A DNA stretch of 64,000 nucleotides, from NCBI GenBank assembly GCA_963707985.1, contig CAVPRW010000007.1, positions 124,520 through 188,519 of the forward strand, given 5' to 3'. Made by a program: the position numbers and the translations under genes. Numbering within the stretch: the stretch's first letter is position 1; every line of letters starts with the position of its first letter. This DNA comes from an uncultured Nitrospinota bacterium (GTDB taxonomy: Bacteria; Tectomicrobia; Entotheonellia; J063; CAVPRW01). The notes beneath the pieces were generated by a model. That model was not told the DNA's origin, did no database searches, and saw only the letters and a list, made by a program, of their open reading frames with translations. Positions 54,187-64,000 of the stretch are shown here, one piece after another.

Positions 54187-54901
54187 CTGTGTAGATTGAC
54201 CCGCTCTGGTCAGATCCAAACAGATCCCGGACCACTTGATCCTACACGCGACATCGTCGCATTTCCTGGGGCCGAACCTTCGTTACTGTATAATCTTGCA
54301 CATGCGCTCCCAATCATCGTGCCACAGTTAACGTCAATTTGTTCAATTATGACACATGGTTCGTCGCCACAGGGCAAATTGGTATTGCTCTTGCTCAAGC
54401 TAATCAGTCAAACGCCGGCAAGACATCAGAATGGCCTAGACGAGTGGGCCTGGACAAGGCTCATAGAAGCACCATACTATATCATTTTGATACTAAGAAG
54501 TACTGCACGATTGTGGTTGACATGATATTTCAGGCCGCTATACTTGCGCGAACTTATGAGGATTGTACGACGCTCTTCTGTTGTGACGGTAAAGGAGTAC
54601 ATTGATGAAGCTCGGACTGATCTCCGTCTCCTTAGCATCTCCCTTCTTGACAGCCAATCCTGAGCCTTCTCGCTTGATCGCGAGGCTGAAACTCCTGACC
54701 TGCATTGCCCCCCCTCCAGTAGGAGGGGCATCTCCCGAGTCCATCACCCATTTCTAATGTGCGTTTCCTTGTAGAGGGGCCACGGGTCGCCCGTTTGTGC
54801 TGTTCCTAGTGACTTCGTACGCTCTTGTGGGAAGAGCGACCACTCCGAGCTGGGCTGGCCATGTCCGTCTCACCCACGACCAAGACCGGAGAGCGACGCA
54901 C

Positions 54902-55582
54902 ATGATCCCTCAGACCCCTCAGGCAGATCAATTTATCGCGCGCATGCGGGCCTCGTTGCAGGATGGCATGCGCCGGGCGGCGACCCGCACGATTGCGAAA
55001 GACGCGCATGTCTATATCTGTGGCGATCACGACGCGACGGTCTACGCCATTGTGAGCGGGCACATCAAATTGCTGGCGGTCTCGCCGGCGGGCAAACAAT
55101 GTCTGTTGTCCATCTATACAGCAGGCGATATTTTCGGGGAGCTCGGTCTGGTGGATTGCGGTGGGCGTCGGGAAACCGCCACCGCGATGGCAGACACGGT
55201 GGTCCAACCAATCCCGTGCGCCGAGTTTTTGCTCCGGCTCAGCCGTGATGCGCTGCTGGAGGGGTTCGTGCACTACCTGGCCATGCGCATTGCCGACCAA
55301 CAGCGGGTGATTGCCAATCTGGTCATGGTGGATAGCGAACAGCGCCTAGCCCAGACGCTCTTACACCTCGCCCATCGACTCGGCCAGCACGATTCGCGCA
55401 GCATCCGGATCGTCCCGAAGATTTCCCATGCGGAGCTGGCTGAGATGGTCGGCACGACGCGGCCGCGGATCAGCACATTTATGAAGCGCTTTCGGGACCT
55501 GGGCCTGATTGAGCGCACCACCGACCACCAGCTGATCATCAAGGAGCTGCGCCTCACGGCGTACGTGGCACGGGTCCATTAA
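54902..55582 (+). CDS. Crp/Fnr family transcriptional regulator
   Basis: cNMP-binding fold (Y.I.SG.IK...GK..LL......DIFGE...R..TA.A), EQRLA..LL.LA, HTH SHAELAEMVGTTRPRIS. Confidence 0.92.
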   Translation: MIPQTPQADQFIARMRASLQDGMRRAATRTIAKDAHVYICGDHDATVYAIVSGHIKLLAVSPAGKQCLLSIYTAGDIFGELGLVDCGGRRETATAMADTVVQPIPCAEFLLRLSRDALLEGFVHYLAMRIADQQRVIANLVMVDSEQRLAQTLLHLAHRLGQHDSRSIRIVPKISHAELAEMVGTTRPRISTFMKRFRDLGLIERTTDHQLIIKELRLTAYVARVH

Positions 55583-55907
55583 TCCGACGGCCCGGATCAG
55601 TAGCCCACCAGCCAAACACTGCTATTGGTGTCTAATAGTGAACAGACATCGCTCCAGCATGGGGCAATCTTTCGATGCAGTGCACGTATAACGCGGTTCG
55701 GACAAGGGTTGGACAAGGCACTGGACATCGAGGGGTCTCTACTTGGGATCATCGTAAGATGGCTCGTGTTGAGCCGCGATGGATATGTTATTGCTGATCT
55801 GGTTGCGCCCACGGGCGTGGACTGGGCGATGCACGGGCACGAGGGTGGGGAAGGCGACCTGAAGGCGTGGCACGCAGGGCGCTCCACGGGGCGAGGAGCT
55901 GTGGTCC
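55160..55907 (+). repeat. ~750 bp direct repeat, copy A (3' crp + IS630 remnant)
   Basis: Aligns by eye to ~61102-61850. Confidence 0.85.
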
Positions 55908-56040
55908 AGAAGCCAGAACACCCGACGGACGTCATGAGAGGGCGGTTAGGGCATCACCGGGGGAACAAGACAATGGCACGGCGCGCTGCCGATGGATGGT
56001 TTGCAGCAGCCAAAGCGCTGCCCCGGATGGACATCGAGCA
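55680..56040 (-). pseudogene. IS630-family transposase remnant
   Basis: LDVHPGQRFG.C....G..P...LV..VM*, then FWLLDHSSSPRG..CV.RLQ..FPTLVPVH.PVHA...NQI. Confidence 0.75.
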
Positions 56041-56052
56041 AGGAGGTGGACG

Positions 56053-56538
56053 ATGACACAGAAACACTGCATCGCAGGCGTCGTGATGGATACGAACAAC
56101 ACCCCGTTGGAGGGGGTGTCGGTGAAGATTTACCGGTCATCCTTCCGTCAGATTGACCAGATCGGCTACGCGAGAACCGAGGCAAACGGTCAGTACATTG
56201 CGCACTTCGAGGCCGGAAGTCCGGTGATCGTCCGCTATGATCATTTTCCCGGCGGGCTGGACGATTGTCACCCCGCCATCATCAGCCATCTGTCCGGCGC
56301 GAGCAATCATACGGTCAATGTCGTCATGTATAAGACGGGGCGGCATTATGAACGGGACGACCTCTTGGACATCCTCTCAGCTTACGAGCGCGTCTACCTG
56401 CTGGACGTCTCCAATAACGTGCCGGTGGCGGAGATCAGAAGCACGTACCGGGGAGGCCTGGGAATGATGAAATACGTGGACGAGATGACGGAGCACCGGT
56501 ACAGACAAGTGACCGGGTTGTACGAGCAAGGGGCATAA
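56053..56538 (+). CDS. Hypothetical protein with carboxypeptidase-regulatory/transthyretin-like N-terminus
   Basis: AGGAGG RBS; IAG.V.D....PLEGV.V.IY...T.ANGQY. Confidence 0.7.
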   Translation: MTQKHCIAGVVMDTNNTPLEGVSVKIYRSSFRQIDQIGYARTEANGQYIAHFEAGSPVIVRYDHFPGGLDDCHPAIISHLSGASNHTVNVVMYKTGRHYERDDLLDILSAYERVYLLDVSNNVPVAEIRSTYRGGLGMMKYVDEMTEHRYRQVTGLYEQGA

Positions 56539-56554
56539 ACGGAGGCAGGCTGCT

Positions 56555-56670
56555 GCCACAGGCGGCCTGAAGGCGTCGCACGCAGGGCGCTCCGCGGGGA
56601 GAGGAGCTGTGGTCCAGGATCCAGAACACCCGGCCGGCGTCGCGAGAGGCGGCTGGGTCATCACCTGGGT
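56555..56670 (-). pseudogene. IS630 transposase remnant (third, short copy)
   Basis: RVFWILDHSSSPRGAPCVRRLQAA. Confidence 0.7.
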
Positions 56671-56757
56671 GGCAAGAGACGCACTTGGCAGTCCAAGTTT
56701 GTCGTGAGGAGACAGGCCATGGCTTGGACATCGCTCAAGAATTCACTCAGCTCTAGG

Positions 56758-56771
56758 GTGATTGAGGTCAC
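56758..56771. promoter_or_regulatory. CRP-type palindrome GTGA-N6-TCAC
   Basis: GTGATTGAGGTCAC, 50 nt upstream of ATG 56821. Confidence 0.5.
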
Positions 56772-56820
56772 GCTCGACTCGTTGATAGGGGACTGGCCTA
56801 TAGTCAGAGGAGGATAGGAG

Positions 56821-57596
56821 ATGAACGCACACACACACGACCATGACATGCAGCATGAACCTCAAGCACCTAGTGAGGAACCCGCTAGTGGTCATGGAAT
56901 GGCTATCATCGGAGAAATGACTGTCTTTCTGTCCCATCTGCCGATGTTTATGTCGCCTCACGATTATCAGGTGATCCTGGAGGTGACGTTCACCAGTCAA
57001 GGAAGCGATCCCCAGCGTGTCTATGCTGAGGACCGCCGAGAACACCCGGACGCGAAACTCTATACGTTCGAGCCGACACGCGCCTTTGTGCTTCCAGACC
57101 TCTTTCCAGCTGATCCTCTATCATCCGCCCCGCTTGAATTCGTTCCAGGGGAATATTTATCGGGGTCACTTCGAACGCTTCCCCACCGGGCAAGCCAAGG
57201 CGCAGGCCCGGATTGGCCGTGATGTTGTTGCGACTGTCACGAATGTGATTCATGCCCGAAAGTTTGACGCCGAGGCAAAGGACCTCGACCAGCTCGAATA
57301 CTTTCTGTTTGGTATGGGGCAGGAACTCTTCTTGGCCCATGTGGTTACAAAACCGCCCGATTTCGATCACATTCTGTCGGTGAAGCTCGCTGGCCATCAG
57401 CTGACTGACGAAGAGTTACAGCACGGCGTGCGGATCACGATTTCCCGGGAGAACCAATGCCATAGAGGAGCGGATCACCGAAACCGATAAAAAACTTTCA
57501 GGGGTCATCGTGGTGGCCGGCGAGAATGTTCCGGTTGAGATCGAACCGGGGGTAGAATTGTACTTTGAAGCAGGAAATCTTGCCGCACAGATGTGA
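56821..57596 (+). CDS. Uncharacterised His-rich protein upstream of the lodA-like gene (frameshifted)
   Basis: HTHDHDMQH, HGM...FLSHLPMF..PHDYQVI, RGHFER, FLAH....PDFD; ends VELYFEAGNLAAQM*. Confidence 0.7.
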
Positions 57597-57748
57597 TGGT
57601 TGAAGGATTCGCTCGGAGGAGTTCGGCGTTGTCACGCGAGGTGCTGCGGCCAACGGTAGGAACACACGGAGGCAGCGAGATGCATTACACCCCCGCACCG
57701 ATCCCGCGGCTCGTGTGCTGACCGACAATGATATGGAAGGAGAATCCA

Positions 57749-59318
57749 ATGCCACGGACGTATCGCATCCATCCGGCGATCGGGATCGCGCGGGTCGGTG
57801 ATAGTCCCGATGACTATTTCGTCGGCCCAGAGGCCCCCGGCGTTCCACCGTCCCTGCATAAGCCGGACGCGCCACCATCTCCAAACGGCACGTATAAGGA
57901 CCGCCAGGGACGGATCAAGCGTCAGGGCGTGCGCTTTCGGATCTACGAGTACACCCATGACGACGCGAATGTCTTGGTAGAGGTACGTGAGATGACCAGC
58001 GCCGAGGCGCAGATCGACTGGGAAGTGCACCTGGCAAACCGCAAAGCCGCGGCCCCCAGGTTCGATGCTAACGGCAGGCGGAACGACGGGGTCCCTGAGA
58101 GCAAGCTGATCATCGACGCTGGCGGGCAGCACATCAGCGTGGCCGAACAGTGCATGAAACGGCTCAGGGGATCCTTCAGGGGTCCGCCGATCATGCCATC
58201 GAGGTGACGCTTGGCGATCTGCTCACGGACAGCGCCGGCCGGCTGATTGTCCTCGGCGGCTTCGGCGCATCGCAATCGGTCGCTCCCACAGCGGAGCGCC
58301 AGAGGATCGGGCACTTTGCGAACAATGATGACTGGTGCGACGACACCTCAGATGGCCCGGTGCGAGCAACCATCCAGCTGCATGGCACGACTGAGGCCAT
58401 CGAGGCTGAGTCGGCCTGGGTGATCGTCGCGCCGCCGGACTTCGCACCCCCCATCGAGAATGTCATTACGCTCTATGACGTCGTCTACAATATAATGACC
58501 AAATTCGATCCCACACTCGCGGTCAGTGAGGCGACGCGAATCTCCTTTACGCGAGATATCTACCCGATCCTTCGGCGGGTCTCGGATATGCACTGGGTCA
58601 GCGCAGTCGCCGCGGGCGCCCACGGGCCGAACATGTCCGGCCACTTCATTTCCCACTTGCCGCTACTCTCGAGTAAAACATCGCAGGCGGCAGGTCGACG
58701 AGGCCGGATATTTACGAAACTCGGAACCCCGAGGGCGGCGGCGGGAACATGCCAAAGCTGCCGGCAAGCACGACGGAGGACCCGAATGCTGAACCGGTTA
58801 CTGTGGCGCTCACGGAGGCGCAGTATAAGCGCATGGAGAAGTGGGCCAAGGGCGAGTTTGAAGCTGATTGGGATGGTCAGGAACCGACACCGCTAACGCT
58901 GGACGAGCTACCGGTTCAGGACAGGCCCCACGCATTGGACCGTGCCGCGTTGGAAGCATGCGTCGGCGGCGGCTTCTTTCCAGGCATCGAGGTCGGCAGG
59001 ATGATGCAGGAAGAAAGCACGTATGATCAGGCACGGCCGTTTCGTATCAACGCGCAACTTCCCCCTGGCACGCTGACGGCGCGGATGGCCGTACCGTGGC
59101 AAGCCGACTTCTTTTTCTGCACCTTTGAGGCGAATATGGACTGGTGGCCAGGTCAGCGTCCGAACCAGGTCTTCCGCGGTAACGAGCCTGAGAGGTGGGT
59201 GCCCCCGACTTGGCAAACGCCAGAGCGCATGGTGAAGGAGTGGTCGAAGCTGGGGTTTGTTGTGAGAGAGAAGGACAAGGAGAGATACATCGAGGCTGAG
59301 AGAGATGAAGCTCTCTAA
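57749..59318 (+). CDS. LodA/GoxA family CTQ-dependent amino acid oxidase (2 frameshifts)
   Basis: YRIHPAIGIARVGDS, IKRQ..RFRIY, HLANRKA, NNDDW.DD.SDGPV, PPDFAP, CVGG.F.PGIE, MAVPWQADFxxC, WWP..RP. Confidence 0.9.
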
Positions 59319-59409
59319 CGTCTGGTGGGTAACGAAAGGCCCTGGGCAGCGCGTAAAGGCGGTAGGCCCCCTCGGCTTGGAGTTATTCCCAGCCCAGCAC
59401 ACAACGCCC

Positions 59410-60529
59410 ATGAACGAGAGATTCGATGTCGCCGTCATCGGGGGAGGTCCTAGCGGAACCAGACTCGCCATGGTGCTGGCCCGCGCCGGGCTGGCGGTTG
59501 CGGTTCTCGAACGCTCCCGTTACGACCATGTGCGTATCGGCGAGACGCTGCCACCGCGTGCCCGGCTTCCACTGATGAGTCTAGGGGTCTGGGAACGATT
59601 CCTCAGCGAAGGGCATGCGCCATCCCCCGGCATCCTCGCTGCCTGGGGGCAGGCGGAACCGTATGAGAACCACTTCATTTTCCAGCCGTACGGACATGGA
59701 TGGCATCTCGATCGCAGACGCTTTGATGCGCTGCTCGCGCAAATGGCAGAGGAGGCTGGTGCCACCGTGTATCGAGGAATGCGGGTGACGACCTGCCCTA
59801 CCGGTCGCCGCTCGAGGTTGGCAGCTGGAGTTCACGTCGGACAGCAAGCGGGGTATGCTCCGGGCAAGCTTCCTGGTAGACGCTGCGGGGCGGGCATCTG
59901 TACTGGCTCGCTCTCAAGGAGCCAAACGGATTTTTTATGATCGCCTCATTGGCATGGTGGCCTTCTGTTTTCCCCCCTCACGCGTTGGAGAACCGGACTA
60001 TCAAACGCTCGTAGAAGCCGTCGAAGATGGCTGGTGGTACTCCGCTTGGCTGCCGCATGCTCAGCTCGTCGTCGCGTACATGACCGATGCCGATCTAATC
60101 CCCAGCGGCCGTATGCATGCACGAACGCACTGGCAGAGCCGGCTCGAACAGGCCCCCTACACCCGGACGCGCGTGAGCGACTGCGTCCTTGAAACAGTCC
60201 TGCACCGTTTTGCCGCGAATAGTTACCGACGAGATCGGCTGACAGGACCGCACTGGCTGGCTGTGGGAGATGCTGCTACGGCATTCGATCCGCTGTCATC
60301 GCGAGGGATTTCCCACGCTCTAGAGTCGGCGCTGCATGCAGCACAGGCCATTGAGAGCTACCTGCTAGCGGACCAGAGCGCGTTGGCGGAGTATGCACGT
60401 TGGGCCCAAGCGAGTTTCGACGAGTATTTGCGCATGCGCACCATCTATTACGGTCGCGAGAAGCGGTGGCCATGCTCAGCGTTTTGGCAGCGTCGGCAGG
60501 AGGCACAGGATCGCAGTGTTGAGGGGTAG
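59410..60529 (+). CDS. LodB/GoxB-like FAD-dependent maturation flavoprotein (1 frameshift)
   Basis: DVAVIGGGP.G, IGETLPP, GWHLDR..FD, VDA.GR, GWWY, GDAA..FDPLSS.GI, Y..E.RW....FW.RR. Confidence 0.88.
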
Positions 60530-60575
60530 CGTCAACAACTGGAGGCCCGCGCGTGACAGCTCGCATCATATCTGG

Positions 60576-60684
60576 GGCTCTGTCGCAAATTTCCGAAAGT
60601 AGGAATCTTGAGCTCACCAGCCATTGATTTTCCAATACCGGGTTTTCGGATTTTGCCTCAAAAATGCAAATTTGCGACAGAGGC
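60576..60684. mobile_element. MITE-like element or internally deleted IS with 15-bp terminal inverted repeats
   Basis: CTCTGTCGCAAATTT (60578-60592) ... AAATTTGCGACAGAG (60668-60682). Confidence 0.7.
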
Positions 60685-60740
60685 TGCCCATGGACGTAAT
60701 CGATGGCCCAGTCGGTATCCACAAGGTAGTGCAGGGTCAT
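60685..60740 (-). pseudogene. PIN/VapC toxin, N-terminal stub only
   Basis: MTLHYLVDTDWAIDYVHGQ, cut at the MITE end; ATGA overlap with the antitoxin stop. Confidence 0.7.
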
Positions 60741-60972
60741 AGGCGGGGTTCAGGGCGGCTGGTGATGAGACGATCCGCATAGATGTCCGAATCAGTGCCT
60801 CGGCGTCGACGGTCTCTTTCCAAGCGCCGGCGGCGCGACGGAAAGCCTCTCGGTCACGCCCTGAGGGCGCCTCGATGATGGTCACGGTCACTTCTGCGCC
60901 CTCAGGCAGATCGACCCTTTCTGACAGCTCTAAGACGCTGCCTTTCACGCGAGCGCGAACAGTACCACCCAT
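60737..60972 (-). CDS. AF2212/DUF104-like antitoxin (frameshift near the C-terminus)
   Basis: MGGTVRARVKG.VLEL.E.VDLPEG.EVTVTI...F.RAAG.WK..VDAE.LI. Confidence 0.75.
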
Positions 60973-61101
60973 ACGCTCTCCTCTGCTTTTGTCACGTCGA
61001 AATAGCCTCATACTGGCTCCAGTATAGACGACTGGCCCTATTTGTCCAACCACGCCAAGACTGAACGGATTCCACGCAACAAAAAACTCGCTCTAGTGAG
61101 C

Positions 61102-61850
61102 GGCGGGCGTCGGGAAACCGCCACCGCGATGGCAGACACGGTGGTCCAACCAATCTCGTGCACCGAGTTCTTGCTCCGGCTCAGCCGTGATGCACTGCTG
61201 GAGGGGTTCGTGCGCTACCTGGCCATGCGCATCGCCGACCAACAGCGGGTGATTGCCAATCTGGTCACGGTGGAGAGCGAACAGCGCCTGGCCCAGACGC
61301 TCTTACACCTCGCCCATCGACTCGGCCAGCACGATTCGCGCAGCATCCGGATCGTCCCGAAGATTTCCCATGCGGAGCTGGCCGAGATGGTCGGCACGAC
61401 GCGGCCGCGGATCAGCACGTTTATGAAGCGCTTTCGGGACCTGGGACTGATTGAGCGCACCACCGACCATCGGCTGATCATCAAGGAGCAGCGCCTTGCG
61501 GCATACGTGGCACGGGTCCACTAATTCGACGGCCCGAATCGGTGCCCCACCCAACAAATATTTCTCATAGTGTCTAATAGTGAACAGACATCGCTCCAGC
61601 GTTGTGCGACCCTTCGCTTGCAGTGCAGGCACAACGCGGTTCTGACCAGGGTTGGACAAGGCGCTGGACATCGAGGGTCCTCTGCTTGGGGTCATGGTGG
61701 TATGGCTCGGGTTGAGCCGCGATGGAGACGTAGATGTCGATCTGGTTGAGCCAACGGGCGTGGACCGGGCGATGCACGGGCACGAGGGTGGGGAAGGCGG
61801 CCTGAAGGCGTTGCACGCAGGGCGCTCCGCGGGGCGAGGAGCTGTGGTCC
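61102..61850 (+). repeat. ~750 bp direct repeat, copy B (5'-truncated crp + IS630 remnant)
   Basis: Near-identical Crp C-terminus ending at 61524, then DHSSSPRG...PVHARWLNQIDIY on the minus strand. Confidence 0.85.
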
Positions 61851-61984
61851 GGGAAGGGGGAGAACTCTCGATTTGGGAGCATCCGGTAACTAATCGCCGT
61901 GCCTCAGTGCCGTGCCACCGGGAGCTCCCGGAGTGCACTGTGGCACGCCTCTGCAAGCCACTGGGTGTGCCTGCGCCTGCCTGA
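61845..61984 (+). pseudogene. HicA-like toxin remnant lacking its N-terminus
   Basis: REGGELSIWEHPVTNRRASVPCHRELPECTVARLCKPLGVPAP* matches the HicA pattern REG..H......VP.H.E......IC.QLG.P. Confidence 0.65.
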
Positions 61985-62274
61985 AGAAGTCGGCAAGAGT
62001 ATGTGTGATGGATGTGTCGTTTTCTCCACCACCGGCGACGAGTGCAGTGCAGTATTCATTGAGAACTCACTAGTTTTCAAAGGCTTGCTTCGCTCAAAAA
62101 GACTTGAAAGCGCAAAGCATATATTTTTAATCACCTCGGGATGAAATGAGACGTATGCTGTTGCCCTCCTAAAGAGTGGGAGCGATAGATCGTAGCAGAT
62201 TCAACCTGTCACCACACCTGGTGGCTGGAAGGGTGGGTCCCTATGGAGTTCTTGGATACTAAAGAGGCAGATAC

Positions 62275-64000
62275 ATGTCGTGGGCAGATGAGCACGGCTT
62301 AGCCGCGCGTCTCGCGCGTTCCGACGATAAGAAGGATCGGTTGCCCGCTCGTTCTCTGTGGCCCGATCCTGCGCCGCACCGAGCCGGATTCCGTAACTGT
62401 GTGGGTGGCCCTGAAGGCGGCTCAAACTGTCACCCTGCGTGTCTATTCTCATGCCCCACCCCCCGCACTGGAATCGCTGAGAGAAGAGCTACAGGGCACC
62501 CGGCGGACCGTCCAACTGGGTGAGCACCTACACGTCGCGGCGATTACGGCCCATCCCCTGGCGGCTGATCGTCCACTCGCTCCCGGCACGGTGTACTTCT
62601 ACAACCTTTTCTTTTCAGTCCCGGCAGTAAGCGTAGTGCCGGAAACCGCAGCTCAGCTCAACACCCCGGATGTCTTCGAGCTGGCCGGGGCTTCGGCATT
62701 AGACGACCTTCAGCCGTCCAACCTCAGCTACTCAATCGAGCACAAGCTGCCCAGCTTTTCACTCCCGCCGGAAGACCTCAACAAGCTGCGCATCATCCAC
62801 GGCACCTGCCGCAGGCCGCAGGGGCCGGGGCGGGACGTGCTGCCGGCCCTCGACGAGCTGATTAGCGACACGTGGCCCGTCGCGGACGAGCGCCCTGATC
62901 TGCTCCTGCTCAACGGCGACCAGATGTACGCCGACGACGTGGCCGACTCCATGCTCTTTTTTGTGATGGACGCGGACAAGGCACTACTCGGCTGGAGCGA
63001 GAGCGAGAAAGTTACCGGGGATCGCCAACGAGGACGTTCGGCTGAAGCCGGGGAATCGCAAAGGCATCGTGCGCGGGACTGCGAAGTTTACAACGCAAGA
63101 TCCCAACGGCCATCTCCTCCGCCTCGGCGAATACTTCGCCATGTACCTGTTCACATGGTCCGACGCGCTCTGGCCCGTACAGTTCCCGGACTTCAAAGAG
63201 GTCACCCCGAATCAGCCGGTATCGGGCGAAGACTCAATCATAAAATTTAACTTCTATAAGAAAGAGTTCGCCACCCTCGACACATACCGGAAGTCGCTCC
63301 GCGAAGTTCGCCGCGTGCTGGCGAACGTCCCCAGCTACATGATGTTCGACGACCACGATGTCACTGACGACTGGAACATGGTGCGCGACTGGTGCGAACG
63401 CATCTACGCGAACCGGCTCGCGCGCCGCATCGTGCAAAACGCGCTGCTGGCTTACGCCGTGTTCCAGGCGTGGGGCAACACGCCAGAGAGGTTCGACGGC
63501 GGGCAGCCGGGTGAGGCATTGCTCACAGCCGCCGCGGCCTGGTCTCAGTCACAAGGAACGGACACAAGACAAGAGCTGGAGATTGCGAGGCTGGTCGGGA
63601 TTCCCGACGAGCAGGTGGGAATTTGTCACCCCTGTGGGTGCTTTTTTCCAGCTCTCCCGCGCGAACGATGCCCTGCGGTGGGACTACGCCATGGGGCCGA
63701 AGCATGAGATTCTGATGCTCGATACACGAACCCGGAAGGAGTTTACGAAGGACAAGGTCGGCCCCGCGGCTCACCTCGGGCCCGCCGGTTTGCAGGAGCA
63801 GATTCCGTTAGACGACCTCAACCCGGACGGAGCTTCGTGGTCGTAGCCACGAGCAATGTGTTTACCATCCCCTTATTCTTCGGCGCGAAAGTTTACGGCG
63901 ATAAGAATATCTGCGCGTGGTGGCATATCGCGCTACGCATCGTCCTGGGTATCTTCGAGCCTCTCTTGCTATTGCTCGACAAGCTGCCCCTCTTTAGTCA
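62275..64000 (+). CDS. PhoD-like metallophosphoesterase (frameshifted, runs off the window)
   Basis: GPILRRTEP..VTVWVALK, HGTCRRP, LLLNGDQMYADDV, MMFDDHDVTDDWN, MLDTRT. Confidence 0.8.

Larger units (their letters stand above)
26764..64000. mobile_element. Putative tRNA-Ala-anchored genomic island (right boundary not seen)
   Basis: Gene content switches to defence, TA, IS-remnant and alpA/polA genes directly after the tRNA; AT-rich junction with a short direct repeat. Confidence 0.6.

Noticed and set aside
55638..55652. CRP site inside the direct repeats
   Set aside because: GTGA-N7-TCGC has the wrong spacing and a mismatched half-site.
55625..56056. Plus-strand 143-aa ORF (and the 5' part of 61652-61984) as real genes
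   Set aside because: They are antisense readings of the IS630 remnant.
1..64000. CRISPR array or integron attC array
   Set aside because: No regularly spaced repeats with unique spacers, and no cas or intI genes seen.

Overview
GC-rich bacterial chromosomal window in two parts. Left (1-26.7 kb) is an intact core/accessory region. It holds a stress/storage cluster (CBS protein, two c-type cytochromes, HPF-CSD, two USPs, Hsp20, DsrE-like, DUF2267, glucan phosphorylase) with several sigma54-type promoters, then metF, a PLP trans-sulfuration enzyme, pepP, a radical SAM gene, a stand-alone fusA, nth, nfo, an ornithine cyclodeaminase-family gene and tRNA-Ala(GGC). Right of the tRNA is an apparent genomic island with three parts. 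(i) A complete type 2 BREX/Pgl locus (pglW-pglX-pglY-pglZ-brxD-brxHI) with PIN/UPF0175 toxin-antitoxin-type genes inserted between core genes. (ii) A compact minus-strand module alpA - conserved hypothetical - family A DNA polymerase - hairpin/AT-rich site - wHTH - HTH/RHH, with no recognisable primase, helicase, capsid or integrase; this is the best candidate for an undescribed mobile replicon. (iii) A LodA/GoxA-LodB/GoxB (CTQ oxidase) cluster with two uncharacterised partner genes, bracketed by ~750 bp direct repeats (Crp gene + IS630 remnant), plus TA remnants, a MITE-like element and a PhoD-like gene running off the end. Many island genes are split by single-base frameshifts, probably sequencing/polishing errors. 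All family calls are motif recognition by eye; no searches were run.
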